DNA from: Felis catus
Lineage: Eukaryota
Direction of reading: 5' to 3'
Length of the DNA: 64,000 bases
Assembly (NCBI RefSeq): GCF_018350175.1
Contig: NC_058369.1
Span: 2,234,001 to 2,298,000, forward strand
Position 1 is the stretch's first letter, and every line of letters begins with the position of its first letter. The position numbers were made by a program, and so were the translations under genes. Shown here one piece after another: positions 36,934 through 51,139 of the stretch. The notes below the pieces were generated by a model. The model saw nothing but the letters and a program-made list of their open reading frames with translations. It searched no databases and was not told the origin of the DNA.

Positions 36934-37968
36934 CTCGCAGCCCGCTCCGGACTGTCCCGGCGTCCAGGCAAGCGGCTGTACGACACCGACCGCGAGACCG
37001 AGCTAGACGCCGCGCGAGGCAGGTGCGCTCCGACGCAGGGCAGCAGGGCAGCGAGGGACTCGCCTCTGGAGCGCGCCCGCCCCCCGTCCTGATTGGACGG
37101 CGCTACGGGACCATGCGTCCTGATTGGTTCGTCTTCCGGACCCCGCCCCCTCAGAGACCGGGCCTGCGGTTGCCCACCCACAGTGCCTCCGCGCCTCCGC
37201 ACCGCCCCTGCCCCCCCTGATTGGACAATCCTCCCAGGCCCTGCCCCTTGCGTCCTGAGTGACAGGTCGTTCGGACACACGTGTCTGGCCAGCGTGGGCT
37301 TAGAGCTGAGACCGCTCCCTGCGGTTGGACCTCCGGCGTCTGCAGCTCGGCCACCCATCCTGCCTGCGTCTTCCTCCTGGACCGTGAGATCCTGACTCAG
37401 TTTCCCTGCGGAGCGCCCCTTGTCGGGAGCTTGGACAGGAGGGGACGGACGGGAGGGGCCGGTGAGCCCTAGGGTCAAGGGTTGGCGCGGGGGCGAGGTC
37501 AAGAGAGGATCTGTGACTTTTGTTTAAGAACAAAGATCCTCCTGGCGCCTGGGTGGCTCCGTGGATTCAACCTCCGACTTGGGCTCAGGTCATGATCTGG
37601 CTGTTCGTGAGTTCGAGTACCTTGTCGGGCTCAGTGTTGACAGTTCGGAGCCTGGAGCCTGCTTCTGATTCTGTGCCACTCTCTATCCCTACCCTGCTCA
37701 AGCTCTGTCTCTCTCTCTCTCAAAAATAAACAAACATTTAAAATATATATATTAAAAAAGAACAAAGATCCTCAACAGTAAGGGCAGAGCCAGGGTCCTT
37801 GGGTTTTGACCTGTGACCTTTCTTCACGCTAGGAGGCCCCGCCTCCTCTCCTGTCCCCCTCTGGGACTTGAGGTCAGTCAACCTCACCCCTCAGCACAGC
37901 CACAGGGGTGGGATGTTGGAATTCTCAGACCTGCATTTTACTCTTTTCAGCCAAAAAGCCCACACGAC

Positions 37969-38390
37969 TGTAAAGCAACCCAAAGCGTTTATTTGGGGTC
38001 TTAGGGCTTACAATCCGGAGAGCCAGAGTCAAAATACAAAGTGTGCTCCGAAATGCTAACAAGGAGAGCAGGCTTATAAAGGCAAAAAAAAATACAAGGT
38101 TACATAAGTTGTTTTGAAAGAATTATGATTGGTGCTGGCAGAGTTTAAACTGACTGTCTAATACACGATTGGCTACTTGGCTAACAGGCATTACATGATC
38201 TCTATTTCGGTCCCCAGTAGGAGGAAGTGTTCCAGGAGGAGGTGGAATTGCAATTGACAAAAGTCAAAAGTTCACGGTGTTCTGAAAATTGAAACAGGGG
38301 CCGTGCTAGTCCCAGCTTCCTGAATGTCCTTCCGACTGTATTTTGAGTGACTCTTTTAGGGCTACCTTCTTCATTGAGTCGTCTTTCACA
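37969..38390 (-). mobile_element. Probable solo LTR
   Basis: TGTAAAG...CTTTCACA termini, plus-strand TTTATT near the left end and GATTGG (CCAAT) motifs. Confidence 0.5.
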
Positions 38391-38747
38391 CTCTGCAAGG
38401 AAATGTTTTTCAGATCTCTAGGGAATTTTGTACAATTAAAAGCTACGATATCCTGAAGGCAATTGAATTCCTATTTTAACTGATTTAAAAGTAACAAAAG
38501 CTGAAAAAAGTGAAATGAAATAAAAGCATTAAAAGCTGAAATAAATTTATGTTGGACCTGAAACACTAAATACATCAGCAGCATTTAATACGACTGCTCA
38601 TTTCAAAAATAACCCCCCCAGCGTTGGGTAGAGAAGTGTAAACTCCAGCATCATTGACCCTGTTACTTACAAACATAATTATAAAAATTAACTTTCTCTG
38701 TTTTGCAAAAAGGTATTATTCACTTTCATAAAAAGGAGTGTTCAGGG

Positions 38748-39136
38748 TGTTAAGAAATAAAATTCATCTCAGCACATCTGAATATGTAATTTGGCTTTAT
38801 TTCACGATTCATGAATCAGACTACATCTCATCTTACAAAGGAACTCTGAGGAACCACGCAAAATAGAAGCCTTTCTTAAGAAGAAGGGGATGGGGAAAAG
38901 AAGTTTCTAGCAAAGGCTGGATTGTTTCAGGCAAGGTCACCTTCCTTTGGTGGAAAGTGTGTGTATCAGGCAGGTTATCTCACTGGTGCTGACCAGCAAT
39001 TCCAGACTGACCGGTGAAGTTCACGTTCCTCAAGAGAGGCCAAAACCGCAATTAGATTAAGTATTAAATCTCTCGGTGCTGATGTGGGACTTAGCACCAG
39101 TGACTCCATTTGAGATCTGCTGTTTCTTTTTTAAGA
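38748..39136 (-). mobile_element. Solo LTR related to 36221-36594, in opposite orientation
   Basis: Shares GATTCATGAATC, AATAAAGCCAA and AAATGGAGTC motifs in reverse complement. Confidence 0.6.
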
Positions 39137-40305
39137 AGAGGAACATAGGGGGGCGCCTGGGTGGCGCAGTCGGTTAAGTGTCCGACTTCCACTCAGGTCA
39201 TGATCTCGCGGTCCATGAGTTCGAGCCCCGCGTCGGGCTCTGTGCTGACAGCTCCGAGCCTGGAGCCTGTTTCAGATTCTGTGTCTCCCTCTCTCTCTGA
39301 CCCTCCCCCGTTCATGCTCTGTCTCTCTCTGTCTCAAAAATAAATAAACGTTAAAAAAATTTTTTTTAATAAAAAGAAGAGGAACATAGGGGCGCCTGGG
39401 TGGCTCAGTCGGTTAAGTGTCCAACCTCAGTTCGGGTCCTGAGTTTGAGGTTCATGAGTTTGAGCCCCGCATCCGGCTCCCTGTTGTCAACACAGAGCCT
39501 GCTTCGGATCCCCTGTCCTCCTCTCACTGCCCCTCCCCTGCTCTCTGTCTCAAAAATAAAGAAACATCAAACATTTTTTTTTTAAGAAAAGGAACATATT
39601 TGAGAATAATTTCCTATGTAGAAAAGTGACTTCCAATTAAAAATAAATCCCTGGGGCCCCTGGGTGGTGCAGTCGGTTAAGCGTCCGACTTCAGCCAGGT
39701 CACGATCTCACAGTCCGGGAGTTCGAGCCCCGCGTCAGGCTCTGGGCTGATGGCTCAGAGCCTGGAGCCTGCTTCCGATTCTGTGTCTCCCTCTCTCTCT
39801 GCCCCTCCCCCGTTCATGCTCTGTCTCTCTCTGTCCCAAAAATAAATAAACGTTGAAAAAAAAATTAAAAAAAAAAATCCCTTTTGACTTACAAACTAAA
39901 CATTTCTTTCTTGGTATGGATTAATAATAAATAAATGCCACATATAAAAAAATCCAGCCTGGGATTCAGAAATCCTTCTAAGACTCTCTGGTAGCATGTC
40001 CTTCAGCAATTCATTTCTTGTACATCTGGTCAGTATTTATGCAAAAAATAACAATTTCATATACCTATCTTGCTTTCTTTGTTACATAAAAAAGGAACAT
40101 ATTTATACGGCAATAGAATTTGATGTTTTGGTTCAATTAGAAATAAATCCCGCGCAGGGCACCTGGGTGGCTCAGTGGATTAAGCGTCCAACTCTTGATC
40201 TCAGCTCAGTTCTTGATCTCAGGGTCACGAGTTCAGACCCCGTGTTGGTCTCCGCCCTGGACACTGGGTTTATTTCCAAACTTTTGCTACTCAAATACTG
40301 CTCCC

Positions 40306-40960
40306 TGTTGGGAAAATATAACTGAAAACCAAACCTCCTGCCAACCCAGGAAACCCGTCACAAAGACTGAAGAGAAAGAGACCAGGAGAACAGTTTTATT
40401 TCTGAGTCAGCACTAAGCCAGAATGTGACCTGCATCTCGGGCAATCCTCTTGAGAATCTGGAAAGACAAAGAAATCTCTCCCCCTTACGCAGCCAAGCAC
40501 AGTCAAGCCATTCCATACACGTTCTCAGGATAAGTGATAACCAGTCCTCCCGTGGCCAATCCCAACAGCCTTTGTCATACAATCATGCATCCTCCACCCA
40601 CCTGGTGACTCGGTGACCGTCCGTATTAGTTCCTTGGCTTTGTGCAAAGGAAAAACAAGCTTCTCTTTATGACGGTCGGGTCGGTAGTTTTGCAAGTGAG
40701 AGAAGCCCCCACGGAGAGACCGCTCTCTCTTCGGCTGATGGCATTTCAAAGTGAGCTCCCAGGAAAGAGTCCCGGTGGTAAAGCAGGCGAACGCTTTCCT
40801 TAGCTTTTACAGAGGTTTGCGTACATTTCAAAGGCGAAGGGGTTTATAGACACAAGTTCTCTAAAGAAAATGCTCTAAGAAAAAAAGGAGGGAGCCATCT
40901 GTTTCCTCATTTTCAACAGGGAGAATGAAAGCTCTTACTCTCAGTTCCATTTGCCTGTAA
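40306..40960 (-). mobile_element. Probable LTR element
   Basis: TGTTGGG start, plus-strand TTTTATT near the left end, LTR-like length and composition. Family not recognised. Confidence 0.4.
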
Positions 40961-41993
40961 ACCAACTAAATGTCAAAGCACCCGGTATCAAAGGCTTGAG
41001 AACCTCTTCCAAACTAAGAGTGAAATCAAAGCTGGGGGATGGTCAGGGGCGCCTGGGTGACTCAGTCTGTTAAGCGTCTGACTCTGGCTCAGGTCATGAT
41101 CTCACGGTTCATGAGTTCCGTCTGTCTCTGTGCTGACAGCTCGGAGCCTGGAGCTGCTTAGATTCTGTGTCTCCCTCTCTCTCTCTGCCCCTCCCCTGCT
41201 GACACTGCCTCTCTCTGTCTCTCTCTCTGTCTCCCAAAAATAAATAAACATTAAAAAAAAATGGGAGATGGTCACATCATGTGGTAAAATAAATATTTGA
41301 AAACTGTGTATTATTTCATGCTTTAAAAAATATTTAGATTGGTATTGTGAAGTACACTGGACTGAGGAAAAAAACGCACTAAATGTTTTAATGTTAAGTT
41401 TAATCATTTTAACTAGGGCTGCCTGGGTAGTTCAGTCGGTTGAGCATCTTGACTCTTGATTTCGACTCAGGTCATGATCCCAGAGTCGTGGGATTGAGCC
41501 CCACTCAGGCTCTGCGCCGAGCGTGGAGCCTGCTTAGGATTCTCTGTCTCTCTCTGTCTCATTCTCTCTCTCTCTCTCTCTCTGTCCCTCTTCCCCACTC
41601 ATGCTCTCTCTAAAATTAAATTAAAAACAATTTTAAGCAAAAAATTATGTGAAGTTGAAGGAACAAATAATCAATGTGCTATAGCCTGGGCACCCACGTT
41701 CATGAACAAACTGGGCAGCTACTCATATCTTGGGGTGCCCACCACCTGACTCATCACCCTTCAGCCACTGGATATAATCACTACCCTGAATCACGCCACT
41801 GCTCTTCATCAATTCTCCATCTATTATTTATGACTAAGCAGGGTTTGGTTTAATTCTGTCTCTTCTGGGGGCGCCTGGCTGGCTCAGTCATTAGAGCTGG
41901 CGACTCGTGATCTCAGGATCGTGGGTTCAGGCCTGATGTTGGGCATAGAGCTTATTTAAAAAAAAAAAAAAAATCAGTCCTGGCTGTTTTGGA

Positions 41994-42626
41994 ATGTAGG
42001 TTTTATTATCGTTCAGGTCTGATGAGGCCAGCAGGTTAGGAGACGAAGGGCACTGAAAAGGCTGTCTGAGGCACAATTGACATAGGACATTGTATTACCT
42101 AAGATTTAATAGCCGTGAACCCTGAGAAACCATCACCACGCCGTCTGCTCACATCTGCCGCCACACAACGTCGTCATGGAAAGATAATCTGTTACTCACA
42201 GCCCCAGAAGAGAGGGCATGCCACTCTGTGCCACACAGGGCCACTCGGAGAAGAAACACCAAACACCATGAGGAGAGGGATAAAGGGGGAAATGTAGCCA
42301 AATGTTTATTGTGGTTCCATTGGGCGGAAATAGGCAGGCAGGGATGCAGGCTCGGGACAGGCTAGCTTGAGTGCAGCTACTCTGGGGTGTAGAGGCTACC
42401 CCTTCCTGCTTGGTACCCGGCCCTGGGGTGATTAGGGCAGGGGGACAGTGGTCTGAGAGTGAAAGCCCCATAGAGGAGGGGACTGGGAGGTGGACTCTGA
42501 ATTGGCTGATTTGCATATAAAAGGTGTGCTGTGGGCAAGCTGTTTCCTGTCTCGAGCGATTGGCAGCCTCTGTGGGGCCGTCCCTCCAGGGTCAGTGAGG
42601 CCCCAGATGTGACAGCATCAGAATAC
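41994..42626. mobile_element. Probable LTR element (TG...CA)
   Basis: TGTAGG...AGAATACA termini with an internal GAATTGGCTGATTTGCATATAAAAG motif. Family not recognised. Confidence 0.45.
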
Positions 42627-42784
42627 AAAAAAGGGGCACCGGTCCCGATCTCATGGGTCATGAGTTGGAGCCCTGCATCAGGCTCTGCACTATCAGTGAG
42701 GAGCCTGCTCAGGATTCTCTCGCGCGCTCTTTTTCTGTCCCTTCCCCCTTCAAAGTAAATAAAGTTTTAGAAAACATAGAAAGC

Positions 42785-43770
42785 AAAAAGGCACCAATGA
42801 TTGGTGAGGATGTGGAGAAATTGGGGGTTCTTGCGCACGGCTGGTGGGAACAAAAACAGTGCAGCCGCTTTGGAAATGTTTGGTGGTGCCTCAAAAAGTT
42901 AAACACAGGGGCGCCTGGGTGGCTCAGTCGGTTAAGCGTCCGACTTCGGCTCAGGTCACGATCTCACTGTCTGTGGGTTCAAGCCCCGCGTCGGGCTCTG
43001 TGCTGACTGCTCAGAGCCTGGAGCCTGTTTCAGATTCTGTGTATCCCTCTCTCTCTCTGCCCCTCCCCCGTTCATGCTCTGTCTCTCTCTGTCTCAAAAA
43101 TAAAATAAAATGTTAAAAAAAAAATTTTTTTTTAATTAAAAAAAAAAGTTAAACATAAAATGACCATGTGACCCAGGAATTCCACTCATTGGTATATACC
43201 CACAGGACCTGGACCAGTGTTCAACACAGGACCAGTGTTCAAACAGATGCTTGCACATCTGTGTTAACTGCAGTGTAATCCACAAGCTGAAGATCAATGG
43301 AGGGACAAACGCATGGTCTCCCTCCACGCAGGCGCACGTCCACAGATGAACGTGTCCACCGCGCACGCGCACGTCCATCAGGTGCATCCACCGCGCACAC
43401 GCACGTCCGCAGAGGAACGTGTCCACCGCGCACGCACACGTCCCTCAGCCGGAGCAGGAGCCCCGACGGGCCCCGAACACACAACGCTCAGAGAGGAAAC
43501 CAGACACGAGAGGCCACAGGGGCTGTGAGTCCACGTGTGTGAAACGTCCAGAACAGGCCCATCCACGGACAGGAAGGGGTTTCGTGGGGGCCGGGAAGGG
43601 GGCAAAGGTGATGGCTGATGGGAACAGGGCTTCCTTTTGGTGTGACGGAATGTTCTGGAATTGATTGTGGCGATGGTTGTACGCACACCGTGTGAATGTG
43701 CTAGAAACTACACGTTGAGTGGGTGGGATACATGATATGTGATTTGTAGCTTAATAAAGCAGTTATTTAA
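42785..43770 (+). mobile_element. Old L1 3' end with a nested SINE and an internal CpG-rich minisatellite
   Basis: TTGGTGAGGATGTGGAGAAATTGG, CCTCAAAAAGTTAAAC, GACCCAGGAATTCCACTC; ends CTTAATAAAGC. Confidence 0.8.
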
Positions 43771-44739
43771 GGAACAAAATGAGTCGGTGGTTCTCTCAGT
43801 GCAATGTGGATGTTTATATCCTAGGATGGTGTGGTGTCGGGCCCCAGATTAGGGCTCAATATTATGTTCTGCCTTCATGCGGTAAAATCGGGCCTTGAAT
43901 GGCCTGAGCACAAGTCCCCCAACCCCCAACTCTGCTCCCACCGATAAAGGACTCCAAAGCCCCCCTCCGGGGGGCCGGCCATGGCTGTCACTTACCCCCC
44001 CCCCCCCAGCCTCGAAATCAGTCCAACAAGACAATCACGTCCTCCCCCAGGACCAGGACCACCACCGCCCCGCATCCCTGCAAAGCCTGCCTCCCGCAGC
44101 CCCTGTGCCTCACTCTGTCCCTGAGTGTAACCCCCGGAGTGGCCCTGCGTGCCCTGTGGTGTCCTCCCCCAGGCTGTGAGCCATCTGACTGATAAACCTC
44201 CTGGGGTCCCATCTGCTCAGTGTTGCGTGTCACGTGTTGGTTGTCCCCGTAACCTTGAGGTGGGGGTGCCTCACTCACCAATGGGTCAAAGGGAGATGAT
44301 TAAAACAGATAGCGTCTCGGGGTGTCTAGGTGGCTCAGTCAGTTGAACATCTGACTCTATTTCAACTCAGGTCATGGGCTCAGGGTATGTGGGTTCGAGC
44401 CCCAGGTCTGGCTCTGCGCTGACAGGGTGCAGCCTGTTTGGAATTCTCTCTGCCCCTCCCCTCCCCGAAATAAATCAACGTTAAAAAAAAGAAAAGAGGG
44501 GCGCCTGGGTGGCGCAGTCGGTTAAGCGTCCGACTTCAGCCAGGTCACGATCTCGCCGTCCGTGAGTTTGAGCCCCGCATCAGGCTCTGGGCTGATGGCT
44601 CGGAGCCTGGAGGCTGTTTCCGATTCTGTGTCTCCCTCTCTCTCTGCCCCTCCCCCGTTCATGCTCTGTCTCTCTCTGTCCCAAAAATAAATTAAAAAAC
44701 GTTGAAAAAATTTTAAAAAAAAAAAAAAGAAAAGAAAAA

Positions 44740-47700
44740 ACAGATGGTGTCTCACATGGCAAGGTATGTGATGTCTGTTTATTCCCTTGGACCAGCTGAC
44801 TCTGTCCACAAGAATGGATGAGACGATTCTTGGTCACCACGGTGCCCTCAGCACAGAGTGGATTCAATGCATGAGAGGGAGAGAAAGTGGAAAACATTGT
44901 GGGGCGCCTGGCGGCTCAGTCAGTTAAGTGGCTGACTCCAGCTCAGGTCATGATCTTGTGGTTTACGAGTTCCAGCCCCGTGTCAGGCTCTGTGCTGACA
45001 GCTCGGAGCCTGGAGCCTGCTTCGGATTCTGTGTCTCCTTGTCTCTCTTTGTCCCTCCCCTGCCTGTGCATGCTCTCTCTCAAAAATAAATAAACAGAAA
45101 AAAAAAAAAAAACAACAACAAACATGAATCTTGTCTTCCCTGGACGAAGGCCAAATTCTAAGCCATAAAGCATTTCCTAAAGTGACTGAAGATCACCAGA
45201 GGTTTGGTGAAGGATTTTTTTTTTCAACGTTTATTTATTTTTGGGACAGAGAGACACAGAGCATGAACGGGGGAGGGGCAGAGAGAGAGGGAGACACAGA
45301 ATCAGAAACAGGCTCCAGGCTCCGAGCCATCAGCCCAGAGCCTGACGCGGGGCTCGAACCCACGGACCGCTAAGCCCCACGGACCGCGAGATCGTGACCT
45401 GGCTGAAGTCGGACGCTTAACCGACTGCGCCATCCAGGCGCCCCTGGTGAAGGATTTAACAATAGTTCTTCAAACTCACCAACCTGGTTTCTCAGACTGG
45501 TATCAACTAGTCCACAAGCGTGTTGGTGAGGGCCAGGCTGCACCCAGGATGAGGCAGGCCCACCAGACACTCCCCGAAATGGATTTAACTATTCGAACTC
45601 CTAAATTGGGCAAACGTTAGAACACTTGCTGGAAATCTCCAAGAAATGAAAGTAGCTTCTCCTAAGCCTGCTGATGGGAACAAAGCCCAGGCTTGCCCAG
45701 AACCTGCTCACGATTATTACGAGCAACTCCAAATTGTCATCAAAGGGAATTCTGCCCTTTCCGTAGACACCGAGGCCAGCCGGGTAGCGTTCAAATCTAT
45801 GTTTATTAAGGAGCTCAACTGGTATCTTTTTCTTTAGTTAAAAGGACCTCAGTGGGAAACTGTGTCCACTGCAGATTTAGTTAATCTGCAAACCAGCTTG
45901 CTTGCGCCATAGATGAGTCATCTAAGAATGGTCATTTCTTAATTTTCAACTCCAAAACTCTAAACAAAATGAGTTATCTCCTAGTTTCTGCTGTTATCCT
46001 AGCATCTCCTATTCTGCTATTGCAAAGAGCCGAAGTCATTAAAAAAAAAAAAAAAAAAAAAAGGTCACAAATGTAAGCACTCAGCAAACCTGCGTCCTTC
46101 CAGCTGGCCTTTCCAGAGTCCTTCCAATTCCCAAGTCCTCTCTGGTAAGCAGCTCAGAGAAACCACTCTCCACCCTGGGAACGAATCTCTCTCTGTCCTT
46201 GTGAGCCCTGGAACTACACCCATGGTGCCCAGCCCCCTGCTGTAATGCAGCCCCCGCCTGGAAGGACTAAAATAGTTCCAATAGCAGGGGGCCTCTAAAA
46301 TATCGCAACAGGTTCCTGTCTGTCAGCCTATTCCTTTTGTCTATGTACTTTGAGAGATACTCTCTTCTCTTTCCTTCCTCCTCCTCTACTCATGTATTAG
46401 GCTGAGATTTCTTAGAACAGGATCATGACAGATTTCTTTCCTCCAAAAGGGGGACATAATTCTAAAATTTGACAGTAGTGGGGCGCCTGGGTGGCGCAGT
46501 CGGTTAAGCATCTGACTTCAGCCAGGTCACGATCTCACGGTCCGTGAGTTCGAGCCCCGTGTCAGGCTCTGGGCGGATGGCTCGGAGCCTGGAGCCTGTT
46601 TCCGATTCTGTGTCTCCCTCTCTCTCTGCCCCTCCCCCATTCATGCTCTGTCTCTCTCTGTCCCAAAAATAAATAAAAACGTTGAAAAAAAAATTAAATA
46701 AATAAATAAACATTAAAAAAAATTAAAATTTGACACTAGCAATCAGATTAACCAGGGGCATGAAATGATCCTTGAACATCTTTTATCTACTTCATCTCTG
46801 ACACACTAGAGTGGCATCTGGGGACACCGATCATTTGTCTCGACTGGATCACCTGCCATCCTCTTTCTGAGCAAAATCCTCAATTGATATTGGCAGAGGC
46901 CACAGTGTACCTGCCATGAAGATTCAATATAAATCCCTCAGAGCGCTGCCAGGAATTAATTCCCCTTAAATAAAGAAGCCCTTAAAGGCATCACGCCCAT
47001 AAAAGATTACCAGCCTGAGGCTTATGATCCTATCATACCTGCACCCGTCCGTGTAATACCCCTCTTTTACCTGTGAGAAAATCCGGTGCCCAGATGACGG
47101 AGGACTGTCCAGGACACGGTGATCACTGGCACCTGCTGTTCCCAACTCCCACACGCTGACATCCCTTGCCACTGAGAGCAAATTCTCAAGGAAATGAAAC
47201 CGCACAGCGCATTTTTCGTATCGCAGTTTGTGAGGATGAACGCAGTTATCTCTGCTTTCATTTGAAAGGAACAGAAACACACCAGGGCACTCACGCCCAG
47301 GGCGGCACAGGCTTTCTCGCTTTTCTTGAACCTCAAAAGCTGGTCTGGATGATGGAAAATTGTTGAAGGCTCTGCTCTCTGATGATATGTAGATGGTTTC
47401 GGTCTCTGCTCCCCTTCTCAGACCTCTTCCCAGGAAGCCCGAATCCACCTGTTACACCTTTTGGCCTTGAAAGGACAAAATGATCGATAGGTAGGGTGTC
47501 TGATCCGGGAATGAGCATGACACGTGGACCCACGTGAAACCCCTCGTGACTGCTGAGCACGGACACAGCACCTTCCGACTCCCCGTGCGAAGGGACAGGA
47601 AGTGCCTCTCACCGAGTTTCCATGGTTTACTGATGGTTCCTATTTACGCATTGAAAATGGTAGGGGCACCGGGGTGGCTCCGTTGGTTAAGCATCTGAGT

Positions 47701-48790
47701 TCAGCTCAGCTCAGGATCTCCCAGTTCATGAGTTCGAGCCCCGCCTTGGGTGAGCTCGAGCCCTGCTTCTCCCTCTCTCCCTCTTTCTCTGCCCCTCACT
47801 CACTCACTCACTTGCAAGCAAGCAATAGATAGATAGATCGATAGACAGGTAGATAGATAAAATGGCTCCCCTGTCCCAAATTTATTAGATGCCGTACTTG
47901 AACTGACTGCTCCGGCATCATGAAGGGTCCTGGTTCCAGATTTGACTCTCCGGAAGCCAACAGAAACCACCTCACTGACATTTCTAAAACACACACACAA
48001 AAACGAAACGCAGCTCAAGGAGACCAAGAGGCAAACGTCCGTCATAGTTCAAAGGGATGTTCTCCCAAATAATAACATGGAGAAATTGACCAGCGGTGCC
48101 CCCCAAATGGGCCCCAGAAATGCGAAAACATTATTCGAAATCTAATCACTGTGACTTCAATGAAGAGGGAGAACTTGGGGCACCTGGCGGGGGGCAGGGG
48201 GCTCAGTTGGTTAAGCGTCTGACTCTTCAGGTCACTGATCTCACGGTTCGTGAGTTCGAGCCCCACGTCGGGCTCTGCACTGACAGTATGGAGTCTGCTT
48301 GGGATTCTCTCTCCCCCTCTCCCTGCTCCTCCCCTGCTCATGCTCTGTCTCTCAAAATAAATAAATAAACTTAAAAATAAAAAAAAAAGGTAGGAGAAGA
48401 ACTCTGGTTTGGACCAAAAACCAATCTGGCCCTACCAGACATGCAACAATATCCACTACTCACCATTGAACATGCAATAAACCACTGGCCCAAAACAACA
48501 CGATATGTTCCATAACAAATACTAGTGGGGAAATATTAATAAAGCCACAGAAAGTGCCTGCTCCCTGGCTCCCCCCCCCCCCCCCCCCGCCACCGTCCAG
48601 CCCAGGGAAGCCTGCTTAGCACGAACGGATTTCACACAGCTCCCTCCCTCATGGACACGAATCCTCTCAGAGCCTGCACGCCCCACCGGAAGGCCAGCAA
48701 CATCTCCATTTTGCAGATTGGAAACAAGCTCACAGAGATCCGGCTGTTGGCCGGGCCAGGGTGGCAAATGAACTCACGAATGGGGTTCCG
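44740..48790 (+). mobile_element. Decayed ERV1-like internal region (gag-pro-pol), copy C
   Basis: RNase H motif WFTDGSYL at ~47620; collinear with copies A and B; several SINE insertions. Confidence 0.72.
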
Positions 48791-49259
48791 GAACCGCCTC
48801 CCCAGAAAACTCCCTCCCCGTCTCAGACACCAGCCGGCTGGTGCCCGGGCCTTCGTCCGGCCGGCCTCTGTCTTGACCACGCGGCATGCCCCATCATGCG
48901 ATGAGGTGGTGCCCACCAGCCGGCATCACCGGGACCGGGGGGGCTCACCAAGGTTCCAATCAGCAGCTGCCACCTGGCGAGGTCACAGCCGGCTCACTGC
49001 TGGGCTGATCGGCCCACGGCCCCTCTGGGAAGCGTGGTTTCTGGAGTCCTGCCTGAACCACTAACACCGATCAGCGGCCATCAGCCGGACACCAGCCTCG
49101 GCTCCTTCCCCATCCCAGGGAAGTAGGTTTAATGTGAAAGCCACTCCCCCTTGGAAACAGGGCACAGCCTTGGTAATGATTAGACACCACGGCGGAGCAG
49201 CGGTGACGAGGCCACGGGCGCGGGAGGGCTCGGTACATTTTCATAATAAGCCGATGCAA

Positions 49260-50105
49260 TTAGTCGGTTTCCACCACCAAAACAAAATACCAGGGGCAGA
49301 GCAGCTGAAACAACCGACACGTCCCGTCACGGCTCTGGAGGCCGGGAATCTGAGGTCAAGGTGCGGGCAGGCCTGGTTTTCCGGAGGCTTCCCCCGGGGC
49401 TTGCAGTCACCCCTCTTGCCGTCTCTTCACGTGGTCCCCGTCTGTGCACGCGTGCCCGAGAGCCACGGCGTACCCTGATCTCTTTTTCTTACGAGGACAC
49501 TGGCCAGACTGGATTACAGCCCACACCAACAGCCTCGCCTTAACCTTAATCACCTCCTCAAAGACCCTTTCTCCAAATAAGGCCGCTTTCTGAGGTCCCG
49601 GGGGTCACAGTTCAGCCAGTAAGTCCTGCAAAGGGGGAAACTATGATTTTGACTCAAGATGGGGGGTGGGGGTGGTGCTGGTAGGAGCGGCTGGCACAGC
49701 CCAGCAGGGACGTGTGAATCCAGGCTGTGCCTCCTGGGGCCTCAGGTGCTGCTGGGTGGGAAACTGGCAGGTAGATTTTCCCCATCTGAGAAATGGGTAG
49801 TCTCGGTCCTTTCTGGCAGCCGTAAGAGAATAAACAACAGACTCCGGGCTTGTACCCAACAGGCCTATCCCATGGTTCTGGGTGCTGGAAGTCCAAGATC
49901 AAGGCCCTGGTGGATTCGGTGTCTGGTGAGGGCCCAGTTCCTCGGTGCCCATCACATTGTGGCAGGAGGTGGGAGGGAGCCTTCCGGGGTCTCTCCTCAA
50001 GTGGTAATCCCACTCCTGGGGGCGCCAGCTCCTGACGCCATCACACGGGGGGTTAAGTTTCAACATAAGGGTGTGGGGAGACACAGACTTTCAGACCCCA
50101 GCAGA
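49260..50105 (+). mobile_element. Two MaLR (MLT1-like) LTR relics (~49260-49620 and ~49830-50105)
   Basis: CTCTGGAGGCCGGGAATCTGAGGTCAAGGTG; GGTTCTGGGTGCTGGAAGTCCAAGATCAAGG; AAAGACCCTTTCTCCAAATAAGG. Confidence 0.65.
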
Positions 50106-51139
50106 TACTAAGCGTGGATTTAAAAGAATCAAAGCGATAGAGTTCATTTTTTTTTTTTTTTTTAATTTGAGGAGAAAAGAGAAGGCAATGGGGAAAAACG
50201 ATGGAGTTTAAAGTTGTACCAATACTGCACTAAAGGACCAGAGAGTAGAATAAATCTCATCCCAGGGCGCCTGGCGGGGGGCTCAGTCGGTTAAGCATCC
50301 AACTTTGGCTCAGGTCATGATTCCATGGTTCGCGGGTTCAAGTCCTGCATGGGGCTCTGTGCTGACAGCTCGGAGCCTGGAGCCTGCTTCCGATTCTGTG
50401 TCTCCCCCTCTCTCTGCCCCTCCCCTGCATGCGTGCTCTCTCTCTCTCTCTCAAAAGTAAATATACGTACATACATACATAAATAGGGAAGTGAGTTTCT
50501 CTGAGTTCTGTGTAAATTAACGGAACGTAAGGAAGAGGCCGTGGCCCCAGCTGGTGTCTGAGGATTGCTTGGGCTTACGGGTGGGGGCCAGTGCCCCGCA
50601 CACACGTGGGCACCGGGCCCAGGAACCCTCAATGAATGTGGAAATGTGGCCAGACGGGAGAACAAAGGGAAGAAGGGGGAGAACTCCGGCAAGACCAGGA
50701 GGCCCCCCCAGCCGCCCTCCCACAGCCGCCCCTGCCCTGCAGCCTCTGTTCCCCGAGACCTTCTCCTATCTCAGGTCTCGCTCGGGCCTGTTTGCAGTGA
50801 GGACGGTGGCTGCTGCCCAGTCCCTCCACGAGCAGGAGGCTTTGTCCCCCTCCTTCCCCAAAGGCTCGCCCTCCCCGTTTGTGCTGCTCTCCTCGGGTAC
50901 CCCCCACCCACCCAGCGGCCATCACCTACTTCCTCCCTGGTCTTTGTCACATGCTCTCCTCTGCCCCCCCCCCCCCGACTCCCACCCTCAAACCTGCAAC
51001 ATCCAGGGTCCCAAAGTCCCGGACAGGGAGGACCCAGTGTTCTGTCCTCCAGGCATGTCCTCACTGCCCGACCTTGTCCCCAACTCCCAGGGGCCCTGCG
51101 CCACCCTGGCGTCACCCGCAGGGGTTTCTGCTGCACTGT

